Source: Balanoglossus misakiensis
Taxonomy: Eukaryota > Animalia > Hemichordata
Length of the DNA stretch: 64,000 bases
NCBI GenBank assembly: GCA_040954595.2
Contig: CM082583.2
Span: forward strand, 5,454,849 to 5,518,848
Direction: 5' to 3'
Under the pieces are notes generated by a model. It saw only the letters and a program-made list of their open reading frames with translations. It did no database searches and was not told the DNA's origin. Positions 1 through 12,300 of the stretch are shown piece by piece. Position 1 is the stretch's first letter, and each line of letters begins with the position of its first letter. A program made the position numbers and the translations under genes.

Positions 1-940
1 GTTGTGGGGAATGCTTCAGTCGTAGCAGTTGCACACACACACTGTGGACGTTCATTTATCACTTGTCAAATTGCAACTGTTGAATTATTCCACTCACATC
101 TGCGCGCTGCACAAATAAGCCGCCCTTTTCTCTCTACCCCGCTTCTCCGCTGAGCTGTTTCCAGAATTACTATCGCAGTCCAGTCCATCGAGATAAGGAA
201 AATTGACAGTGAGCGAACACAGCGTAATTGCCTGCAAGACGTTGCAGGATTCTGATTCCCTCGCACAAGAGCCATCAGTCTGGAATTTGCCCGATATAAC
301 AAGAAGTGGCCTATGCTGTTGTAGTACGCTGTATTCACTTCACACACGGTTTAATAAAAGTACAGGCACAGTGGTACTTGCACCTTCAAATGACATCTCT
401 CTCTCTCTTCCACTATAATTGTGCAATTTTTATTGATTTCATGCGATACAGTCAGAGATTGATAATAATCTGTATGCCCAGCCATGTAAGTGTTTGAACG
501 ATGGCATTTTTTTTTAAATATTTTTTTTGGTTAAAACCAAGCATGGTTTATTGATGCGGTGAATTGCTGTTTACCTCGGATAAATGATTTTATGCAGTTG
601 AGATTGCAGTCTGCTGTGATATTTGCATACACCGGGGTAACCACATTATATACAGCAGCAATTCCGTCATAATTTGATTTACAAGCTATTGAAAATAACA
701 TTAGCCAGATTTATTAGACCATAATTCATATCTTTACCGTATTATCTGAAAGAGAGCTTACTTGTAAGTTAGTTTATCTGCCTGCTTTTTCTCTCTCCTA
801 GTTCATCACGTAATTTTTTTAATAGACTCTTTCCTTCATTACTTAAATTCAAATTTAAAAATTACGAAATATTCAGGTTATGCAGAGTATCTTTCTCTTT
901 GTTCTGAAACTGTGTTTGATTTCTCTCTGTCACCTTTCAG

Positions 941-1268
941 GGATTAGAATCTCCCAATTTGCTAATATCATGATCACAGATGACATACTCCACTCTGAAA
1001 AGTGCCACGATCGCAACGTATAGCCCAGTCGCCATCGAAAACATTTATACATCGAAATTACATTCGGCATCCGAGGGGCTAAAGCCCCACGGCATCATGG
1101 GTAATGAATCCACGGAGAATTGCACGAAAGCTTTCCACTTGCACCTCAATCACTCTCCTCTCTCAGATATCAGGCAACCAATCTTTTAACAGATAGCCTT
1201 ATCAATAACCAAGAAATTGCATAAAATGAAAAAAAAAAAATCCTGCTCTTTAAAGAAAAGAGCCGCAG
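941..1268 (+). other. Possible 5' UTR exon of ZNF608/609 (contains uORF 980-1189)
   Basis: Strong acceptor ttctctctgtcacctttcag|941 and donor gcag|gtagtg at 1268; an upstream donor cat|gtaagt at 485. No transcript evidence. Confidence 0.35.
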
Positions 1269-1389
1269 GTAGTGTTCTTGTTGGATGTTTATTGTTATTT
1301 CAGACCTATGTTTGTTTATGGGTGTTCGTAAATTTAGTATGCGCGCTTGTCAAATATATAATCATGTGAAGAATTCATGGCATAGTTTT

Positions 1390-1470
1390 AGATGATTTTA
1401 AGCTAAAAATTATGATTTTTAGCTGAAAAGGATGATTTTAATCAAAAAGAGATGATTTTTAGCACAAAAA
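1390..1470 (+). repeat. Degenerate ~20-bp minisatellite, 4 copies
   Basis: Unit approximately GATGATTTT(T)AGCTAAAAA. Confidence 0.7.
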
Positions 1471-4400
1471 ATAAAATCTTTCCGCTGTCATAGCGAGTAT
1501 TCCCCCTCACATTCGCTCATGCCTTCTGATTTTGCTGCAGCCGATTCTCTGACATTGATTGTCATATCATGCAGTAAATACGGCGTCAAGACTATTGATC
1601 CGTTGCCTCTGCTGACACACTCCACTAGTATCCGATAGATGTTAGCCGAAGTACAAATACCCGCCACACCAGCAGTAATGGCTTTTCTGGGCGCAGTTGC
1701 CACGGCGGCAATTCACAATTTCAGACGGGCACCTCGCTCAGTACACGATTTCACCTGGGAGGCACCGAGATCGATGTCATTTCAGAATGATCCAGCTGCA
1801 TATTTTTAGCGTATTTTTTTCTATTCAAGCAGTAAAAGAATTTTTTTTTATAAAACTGAGCTGAGTTAATTTCAGACAACTCAAACGGGTATGATATGGA
1901 TGTCGAATTAGAAAAGACATGTCTAATTGAAAGTTGGCCTGATTCTGAGTGGCAAACTGGAAGTCATTAATGGTTCCGACAAATCTGGGCCAGCTCGTAT
2001 ATCACCTGATCTTTGATACCAAAGGTCCTGCATCTGATATCAGGGGATGTATGCGATGGTCTCTGCTGTAGGCAGTTTTGAAGTTCAGTCAGCCCCATGT
2101 TTGGCTGTTTATCGCCAGACTGTGGAATGTACTTGTGGGGGTAGATTGCTTTGGTTGTTTTTTTGTAGAATTCTGATTAAATCACTTCGTAATCCACTTC
2201 CAGAGTGTTTAGATTGGCGCTAACTTTCCCAATCAAACCTCTCTGTCTATATGGTGGAGAAAGTGAATTTTCTCCAGTATTCACTATGATTGTATAAATA
2301 TAATGACTACGTGACAGTGTTTTGTGAAGTGGTGTTATTGAAAAAATATTTCAAATTTGTAACTTTTATATGACTTATTTCCAAGTGTTTGTTTTTTACA
2401 GTGAATTTTTACACCAGTGGTAGATTCAGCTGCTTTCTCTCAAAATTGTCATCGTGTCAAAGCCTCGACACAGCCATACTGACAAACGACAGCAGATTTC
2501 GACTGGAAATTCTCCATCAGATCTCAATTTACATAACCACCAGTTTAAAGGCCAGCATGAAAACAGAGGCCAAATATCTCCATTTCCCTGCGCGCGCGCA
2601 CAGTCTGGTGTTAGCAGTCAATAAAGTTTGTAGGCATAATGAAATCAGCCATTACTGGGGATAAGAGATCTGTGTGTGGTGACGTTTACTGTGTAATTAG
2701 GTCTGCTCAAATCATATGCTGGCCTGACTAAATATTTACCCCGTACTTCCCATGCTCAATGAAAATCCCCTGGAAACCAAGTATTTGCGGTGAGAGATAA
2801 AAAAAAAATCAGATTTTGCATAGCTCTGCGATTACTGCGGCCTGTACATATTGCTGATGATTATACTCCTGTAACTGTTTAACCAGTTATTAATCTCTAG
2901 ACTGTGGTGTGATAGTCTGTTGGCACAGTTGTATGTCTGTCGGCAGTCTCGGATTTTGTGATGTAAATTGTAGCCATAACAGTCTCGGAGGGTTGTAGGA
3001 ATTTCGTAGCAGATAGGAACTGCCTTCCTCAAGTCAATATCTCATTTGGTTTGCATTTTGAGATATTTGTGTCGACCAAAAAAAAAATCGACAGTTGACC
3101 CTGAAAAGATTGAATGGTTAGAAATAACTGGGAGAGGACACACTTCAGATTGTGTCGACTGAAAGTTCAGAGGTCATCACCCCAGTCATTCAATTTCCCA
3201 AATAGCACCCGTTTAGTCAAATATGTCTTTCAGTCTGTCTGCAGGAGAGAAAATTTGTCCATATGGCATCAGGGGTTGAGAATTTTAATATACAAAAAAT
3301 TGCACCATAGTCTCTCCTTGAGACATGAATTGTGGCAATTATTTTTAAATAGTGTGGGAAAAACAGGAAATTGTGTCTAATTTCGGATGTGAATTAACGA
3401 TGTTAAATTAAGATATCCTGGTCGTACATAAACTGATTGAAGCCATATTCTGAGAATCGAGGTTTAAACAATGCCCCACCCACCTCTGTTTTGTGTGATG
3501 TGAATAGTCTAAAAATCAGTGTTAGAAGGATGTTAATCTGTGGAAGTAATGTTTTCAAATAGGCTTGACACAGCCCTAGCCTCGAGTTTGTATTCAACAT
3601 TATGTCACACCTGTGTTGTGTTCACAGACTGTGTGCGTAAAGCTGGGCATTTAAGCTAAATAGAGGACCCCTTCAGAAGTGTAAAGAAACATTGAAGTCA
3701 ATTTTGAGTGGAAAAAAGACAGACTGTGTGGTAACAAGTCACCCGGTTTTTTTTAGAGCGAAATGGTCAACTGGTTCAATTTCACTATGAATGACCTTTT
3801 GTCGGATTCTTTGTCGTGCCTGAAAGGAAGAGATCAGGCAGAATTGGTGTGATGAAACGCAATTCAGAAAACACCTTCTCTCTCTTGTCCATGTGATCAC
3901 TTGAAAGAAGAAACAAAGGATTTTTTCTCTCTCTCCAGACCCTTCAAAATGGCCGAAGTCAGGCATAATGGTTGTTATGCAAACTACTTGAATTGAAGTA
4001 CAGGAGTGGTTACTCAAGCAAAGAAGCCATGTCCAAATTTTGAATTTTCTGGAGTACATCATCTGATGTAATTAATAATAATTCCTGTGTGGGTAAAAGA
4101 CTGATTTGAATTTGAGGTAGATGCAGGCCCGAAGCTGCAACCCTTTGACAGCGAGAGTAATTCCGTTCTCGCTTGATTGGCTGAGCCCAGTGGGTGGGGG
4201 GAACAGCGACAGACTTACAATATTATATAGGCTTGGCCTCAGGGGAACTTGATAGACGAGAGATAAGTTGACAGGTTCAGAGGTCAAAAGATACAGTTTC
4301 CAAGTGGTCAACCCAGCAGTTATCACCCAGGGTCATAAAGTAGTTTATGTAGCCCACAAGTCCAGTGATGAATCTTTCATGTTTGGCTGGCTTGTCATCA

Positions 4401-5519
4401 AAGAACTTCCTCTCTGCTGCTCTGCGATGTAACAACGAACGCGATTAAACGCCGGTTTGGAATATGTGGAGATTGCAAATTAGTCAAAATTTTTGGTTTA
4501 TGAGCCTGGAAGGCTATTACTGCATGAAGTAAATTCTGTCACCTTTTTGATGTGGCAATGGTAATTTTGAGGCTTTATATTAATTAAACACCTATGCCAG
4601 TATGTGGATTCTATAGCTAGCATTTTCAATTTGCCACCAACTCAACCACTTTGGCTATATTCTACTCAATAAACGTATCTGGTCTGTCGGATGACTAATG
4701 ATATCAAGACATGATTCAGTATTAATATGAGAAATGAGGATAATTTCCAGAGGGTAATTGGTTGACGTGGACGTACATATTGGGCTGTTTCGTTTTACAG
4801 ACATCAGACCAGTAGTTCTACCACGTTGATTTACCACTCTGCGCTCAGCAGAATTTAATGGCTTTTCTGCACAAAACGTGAAAAATGAAACCTCTCCAGA
4901 TACACTACTGGAAGCCAGCAGCTATGGGGGCGGTAGGGGTGGGGGCGCGGAGTAGAATGACAGAAAAGACAATTTGACGTTTTTTTCGCATCGTGCAAAA
5001 AGTGACTTGTGAGTAAGTCTCCCCCAGGGGATCCAAAACCCCTTGCTGTCGGTCTACATATACAGATTATTCCACATTTATTCTGTAAGCACTGCGGCAA
5101 AACCAGCGATATATTGTCAAGGTATTGTCGTCTTTGTGGATCCATGCAAGTTATTAAAGCAGTTGGGTTGTCAGTGCTACTTCTGTGATTTCCACCTCTT
5201 ACCGTCAGCGATGACATTTTCACTGCATGAGATGGTTTTATTTTTAACTCTGAAATTCACACAAGAACCGACCTTGATTGGTGTTGTTATTTTACTCCCA
5301 TCAGAGAAAAGGGCTTCAGTTTATATTTTTCCGCAACTTAGATCTAATAATACATTAATCCTTGACCACTTCCTGCTACAATTAAGCCCTAGCATCTTAC
5401 TGTGACCGTTTTACTTTTAAATTGGCTTAATGGGAAAGTTAACAGCATTTATGCAGCGTTCACACAAACAAGCTGTTTGTACGGTAATTCTGCATTTTCT
5501 GATGTGACAGTTTTACTTG

Positions 5520-5583
5520 CATCATCATCACCATCATCATCAACATCATCATCATCATCATCATCAATTCTTAATCATCATCA
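5520..5583 (+). repeat. (CAT)n microsatellite
   Basis: Imperfect CAT run just upstream of the 5615 acceptor. Confidence 0.85.
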
Positions 5584-5692
5584 ATAATTTTACTTTCCTT
5601 CTCTCCTTTGCTAGGAAAATATAAAAAGTCGGTTCTCAGAGGGTTGCGGTGGCGTGGTCAGCGAACAGCGGAAGGTGTCTCCTAAGGGAAAG

Positions 5693-6355
5693 ATGGCAAC
5701 TGTTTTGCGCGAACAGGAGAACAGTTTGCCATACGACAGCAGCGATGAGTGGGAGATAGGCGTTGGTGATCTGATTATCGACTTGGACGCGGACTTAGAG
5801 AAGGAGAAACAGGCAGGTGACGGGAGAACAGCTTCTCCGGATGCAAGTCCGCTTAAAATCGGCAAGATGAAAATCAAACGGAAAACGAGCAGCGGGATAA
5901 AAGCCGAGGCGGCGAAGTACGAAATTTCCCAGAAAAGGGACGAACTTATACCCGTGACCCCCGCGGTGGAGGGGCCGCTAAATAACTTTGAGCAAATCAA
6001 CGGTGTGTGTGCCAACAAACCCGGGAGGCAGACGCCCGAGGACAAGGGAGGAAAGTCCGGGCGCAACAGCGGACACCATAAACGTGACGGTGGGAATCGC
6101 CAGGAGAGAAACAGTAACTCAAACCGCGGCGGTGACCATGGACAAAATGGCGGCGGCAGCAGCTCGGGCGGGGACGGTAACCATGGCAATGCCGACGGAT
6201 CGGGCGGCGGGTCTGGCCGCGACGGCCGCGATAACAATCGCGACGGCAACAAAGATAATGACAAGGACGACCACGAGGATGAAGAGGAGAATAAGAGCGA
6301 AGGAGGCAAAAACGCCAAGCAGAAGCACGGGAGTAAAAAATCGAAAGGAGAGAAG
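5693..6355 (+). CDS. ZNF608: ZNF608/609 coding exon 1 (whole exon 5615-6355)
   Basis: Acceptor ctttgctag|5615, ATG 5693 (aagATGG), [18 protein letters not shown] motif, phase-0 donor aag|gtgagc at 6355. Confidence 0.92.
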
Positions 6356-9300
6356 GTGAGCGAGGTGCACTTCAGCCCAGCTGAGCTGACAGTGTTTGCC
6401 ACTTTTTGATAACACTGTTACTCTTTCATGTTTTAACACTTCATTTCCTGCAAAACATCAGGACAATAGTTCAGAATCTAGCCAGGCATTTTTCAGGGTG
6501 TGTGTGCAGCTCTACATGTATGCAAAACCTCTGGCTGCTCGGTTAGGTTCTGAACTACAGGAGTGAAAATTTGTAATGTTTTTTTTTCTTAAAAAAAATT
6601 CAGTCAATATGGATGACTCATTTCACAGACGGTTTGAGGCACACCTCTCAATTGCTGAATTTGTCAATTGAAAGACGGAGCAATCTATGTGTGAATACAA
6701 ATTCAGCTGTGAATGCAAATTCAGCGTTGACGACACTCAGTAGAGGTTAATGGAAAGCAGTGTGTCAGAGATCAGGGAAACAGAAAAACACAGCCGTTGG
6801 CGCAGCCAGGGAGATTTTCTATCCCTTCAATTTTGAGACGGCTATTTGCCAGATCATGGGAGATCAACAAAGCGCTAACACAAGGCCGGGATACTGAGAG
6901 CAGAAACTGCCTCTCAATCAGACTACGGAGGATGGATCGATAACCACCTTCTAAACAGCATGAATAATACGACCATTAAACGAATGAAATGCACTCACAG
7001 GCAGACCAATGTCTTTTATCAGTGTCTGCCGCAACTAGTCCACGTTGAAACATCAATCGCAGTGAAATAAGTCTCAGTTAATCAGTTTTCGGAATGAATA
7101 TTATTTTTTTTTGAATGAAGATTATATTTGGATGGTTTATAGGACATTTTAGCCTTGCTTGAGTCTGAATGGTTATTTTAATTGAATGAAGGAATCAAGC
7201 TGAAGGTTTAAATATGTAATATGACTAAAAGCCCATGTTATAAGCAGTCACTGTGTGACATATTTTTTGGTATAGACCAGAAATTTGTTTAATTGAACAT
7301 TAACTTGGTATACGTAGCTCTCTGGCACCAAGTATTTTTATTGCCCCATGTTTCATTGAACAGAATAAAATAAATTTTTCTCCATCATGTGAAATGAAAA
7401 TATACTATCAAAATGCCATGACCCCCATCCCTGGTAATAGTGGGAGTAAATTAGCCAAGAACGTCTGTGAAATACATGTAGGATGGCGGCTTAGTTAAGT
7501 ATATCCGTGTCTTATTGTTGGTCTAAAGTACAAATATGTACACTGTGGCAATGGATCAATTAAGAACAAGGCTAGTTTCTGGGTTATTGGCCACTGTCAT
7601 GCATGGGAGAGTCTCATGGCTCCATCAATTTTCAGCTCAACACTTTTAATTGCTGGTCTGAATCAATTGAAGTACGTGGCCCAGACATTGTTTCCATGTT
7701 CGCTCTAGGTTTTCATTTTCATTTCCCCCCCCCAGTTCCAGTTGAGGTTGAATTATTGCTTTTGATTGGAGTGTTTGGTGTGGCGCGTTGTGGGGGCCAA
7801 GTCAGTCAGTGCGGGTTTGTGTGCAGCGTGCGTGGAAATCGCAAGCTGGTTGGCAAAGTTGGGGGGTCGTATTATTTTTCAAGCTTCTTAGGGTCCAGCC
7901 ACTTCATGGCAGACAGGAGGGCGTGACCACAGGGGCACAAAACCCTGTTGAATGAGGTTACCATTCCATCGGTAAGAGATAAACAGTGAGAGAAGTAAAG
8001 TGCTTTCTCCAAATTTGCAACATCACGGCTAGTGAGTAATGCAGGTGTAGTCAATTCATTTAATAAAAATACCTAATACTGTCTATTTAATAAAGCGAGT
8101 ACATTTTAATGATCTTTGTAACCCTGTGGGATTGATCTGTATTTTTGTCCGTGATGGTCATGCATGCATGGTTTTCCAAGGTTTTGTAATCGTTTGTAGG
8201 TTTATCGACTAAAGTGAACGCAGTTGTCTATGTACAGTGATAATGGGACAAAGTGGCTGCCTTGTCCTTGTTAAACTGTTCTGTTTTCTCAATCAGCTGA
8301 CTCTAGTTGATCATTAGGGCTCTATTTTCCGAAGCTTGTAAATGTAAATGGCACGTCTGAACACTTCAGTGATGTAATTTCTGGTGAATACCAGAAGATC
8401 GTGCATACGCACAAGTGGTAGTTAGAGAGGCATCTATACGTGACAAGTCAGCATGTTTCAATAAGCAGAGCGATATAAATACTGTAAAATGGGAATTTTT
8501 TTCAAACTATATATTTTCGTGAAAAATAAAAGTAATAGAAATAACAATGTTTACAATAAAATGTTTTTCGGAAATAAGAGAACGCAAAAATTAATCATCG
8601 TGAAATAGTCGCCTTTGTTGATATCGCGAAAATTTCCTGTGCGCGAAATTTCCATATTACAGTAACTCCTATGTGGCGAAAAAAGGGGCAGTCATAGTGT
8701 TGTTAAAGGACAACCACTGTGTCCCTGTAAAAAGCCATCAGAGAGTTCGAACACAGAAAAGATGTCTGTCACCAATCAAAAGTTAGCTGTAGGCTACTCC
8801 TGTCAGCAGACATCTGTAAACAAACAGCTAATAACCCCAGTCACCTTTGAGTTCACTCTACCTGGGGTCACCAGTAACCTAACGTACTTCAACACACTTC
8901 TGAATTTTTTGTTACTATTGCCTGTAAAACTGACCTTTGTAAATATATAAAATTTTACGTGGAATGCTTTCAGACTTGTCAACCGTAAACAAATAACTTC
9001 GTGTCGTAGAAAATAGACACACACATGTACACACCAAGTGAACATTGCCATGTCTGTAAAAAATGCCATCAGTCAATATGTGGGCTTTTATAGCGAAACC
9101 AAAATGGCTGCCTGTAGAGAAACAGGGAAGGTCACTGATTGGCTTATTGTGGTCCTGTGGTGCCTGGGTCGGTAAGGTTGCAATTAAAGGTAGGGGGAGT
9201 CGAGGTCTGGTACGGTCAACCTTACCAAACTGAAATCCCATACATGTACTGAGGATACAAGGTTAACACACACACAAAATGGCCAGGATTATTATCTTTG

Positions 9301-12300
9301 TGTAAGGTATATGTTGACCATGGCATATGTACAAATGTTTCTACTAGTCTGCAGTTGACTGCCTTTGTGTGAAAAAACTATTCTTCTAAATAAAAAAGTA
9401 TGATATGAAAAGCTACAGGCAATTTGTTTGTGGATAAGCTGGCCTTGCACATGACCTTTTCATGACATCTGTCAGTTTATTGTTATAAAAGTGCATATAA
9501 AGCCAGACATTGATGGATTTGTAACGTGAGATTTATCTGTCGGCAAATAATTACTTCGATTACTTAAAAATTACCGGGAAACTGTCTGTGCTTTCTGAAA
9601 TGGATTTGCAATTATTGAAAGCTCTTGAAAATTGTGAAACAAGAGAAAAGAGTGAAGTGGTTTTACATTTTGTGCCACACATTGCTTACATCCGACCTTT
9701 TGTTTTAGAACGAGTGAAGAACAGAACTTGGGAGAAGATGTAAAAAGATGTAAAAAAAAGTCCCGGCCCTGAAATCAGTAGCGATTAATAGACTCGATAT
9801 GCAGAAACTCAGTTACAAGATTTATCGGCTGTGTGTTTTAACCCCATAAATAAACGAGGTAATCGTTGGAACTGTGAACAAAGAAAAGCTATGCATCATA
9901 GGTACCGGGGGTTCAGAGGTCACGGGTAGCCGGGCACCCATCCACGGTGATTTGAACGCGAAGTCTTCTGTCGGGAGACGAAGATGTTTAGGTCCCGGCC
10001 CCGTCACCTGGAATGAGGCGTGGACACCAAACGGGGGGGTCAAGCTGTGAGCACCTGCCAGTTTGAGGGGCACGCCTGATTTATGCCGGGCCGACAGAGC
10101 CATCGGCAAATTGATTGTTGAGTCGTCCCCGAAAAGTGGCAGATGTTGATTAAACTTTACTTAGTGCAGTCGAGCTGGCATCTGAGGAGCGCGTGATTGG
10201 AGAACGGCAGCGACGGGGACGTGGCTGTTGGCTACGCGCTTGTAGGGTGGTAGGGGAATCGCAAGAGGCAGTAGGGAGGCAGTTGCCTGGGGTACAAGGC
10301 TGAGGAATCAAATGAATAATTGCTTTCAACAGCATTGCACATTGGCTGCAGTTCAATATTGTCGAGAAAGAAAGAAATTTGGAAATTAGAAGCAAGGCGG
10401 ATGGATGATCTCTGTCCTGGTTCAGATAGTCTTTCAAGTAAAAACAAAAATATCTGCAAGGCTGCCATGAGCAGTAATTTGTCTTGGGTTGTTCAAATGT
10501 ACCTCGCTCAAGTGACCAGCAAAGTGCAGGATGTTATTCTCCCAAAGTGATACGTTTAGACACAAGCAGACTCGGAGGTTAAATGTCAAGATGTATTTGA
10601 AGATTTTATTTCATATGTGTCAGCTACTAAAGGGAGATGAATGGCCCAGATATGAAAAGTTCATTCACGTGAAATATTGCGTTTTATTTCCTTGAGGGGA
10701 TTCATTTTCCTTGGAAGTGGGCATTTGAACTGTTCCGCAGTTCTGGAAAGGGATACCAAATGATTGAATATCATGGAAATGGGATCCGTTGTTTTTTCGG
10801 GTATCGCTTCATCTTGTTTCCTCCCCTCAGCTCTCCCCTTGAAGCTATCACTATTCCAGAATGTTGTCACTGTGTTGTGTCAGTCCGATGGGTGACTAAT
10901 TGACAGACAGTCAGTTAGTGTTGGATGCATCTAAAATCGTGTAAGCCTGTGGTGTAGGACACGTATGTTGACACAGGATCCAGATTGATATTTGTTTGTC
11001 ACATGCTCTAAGGAGTAGAACATTAAAATATTGTAGTCGATGAATGATTTTTAAAAAATTACATTTTATATTGTGGTTATTAATGCAATAATGTTTTATT
11101 TTCCTAAAAGAGATTTGGTGATAACGAGATAATGGATGTGACATTGATGTGTGTTTTGTTACTTCACTTGATATTTTAAATAGATTAGAGCTTTTAGATT
11201 TTTAAGGCAGAGTGATCAAAACTGACTTCAGCAACTTGAAGTTGGAAGGCCCCCCCCCCCTCCCTGTGTAGGTGTGCTATGTTTGCTCTTGTGTCTCCAT
11301 TACTGTTTTGTTGGGTCCTGTAAAATTCAGCCTGCTTTTCTATGTAGATATGCATGATCTGTCTTTTATCGAATGCACACGTGGAGGCTTCTTTTTGAGC
11401 GAGGCCACAGGGCAGATAGTGAGAAGGAAAACGGCCAGATGCCTTCGGGGAGTCAATTTACACTTCTCTGTTTTGTCAAACAAAGTCTGATATGCCCTGA
11501 AGGGTTTTAGGAGACTGTGGGGGGAAGTGAATGTTGACATGAATATCCCAATACATTTTGCTTTGGTCTTGTTAAATTATGAAAAGTAAACTTTGCAGAG
11601 AGTGGATAAAGTATCGCCTGGTGAGGACGAATTTGCCGGACTGTAAATTTCAGAGTCGGTTATTAAACTTGATAAATGTCTGTTGGAAGCGAAGGAAATT
11701 GTTGAATTCCATGCTGACTGGTGTCTGTGGTATATAATAGGAGCTAGTTTTTGTCTCAGTGGAAACAGGTCTAATTCTGTGTGTCTGCGTGGAAAAGATT
11801 AAGATATCGGTGTGCTTTGTTAGGGTGTTTTTCCCAGTTAGAAAAGATGAACTGCCTGAAGGAATCTGACAGGTATGGGTTTCTTAGATTGATGAGTTGC
11901 ATCTCACAGTACTTGCCAGTTGTCGGATTCATCTAAACCATCCTAATGTTTACGGTGAAATAATGATGATGAATTGACGACTGCGAAACTTGCCCGGGAG
12001 GGGTTTGCGAGCACTTTTCATCAAGGGTGAAGACATGCCTGCCATTAAATAGGAAAAGGTGAAACAGAAAAAAAAGAACCGTGTCTTTTAGCTGACGGAC
12101 AGAGTTTAGAGAGGGGAAAAAAATTGTGACTCGCGCCGCGGTGTGTTGCTGTGATGTGAATGGCGAGAAGTTTCGACGCAGATTGACAGGTTTGCTGTGT
12201 CGGGCCAAAGATGAGAGGAATCACAACATCATCGGAATAGTCGAAATGACACATTTGGAGTTCAATTATGTGTCAACTAATTTCATTGCCGTGTTAACAA

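Noticed and set aside
1390-1470. Periodic repeat superficially resembling a CRISPR array
   Set aside because: No unique spacers, degenerate units, eukaryotic context and no cas genes
5611-6439. Antisense ORFs over ZNF608 exon 1
   Set aside because: Shadow ORFs of GC-rich coding sequence
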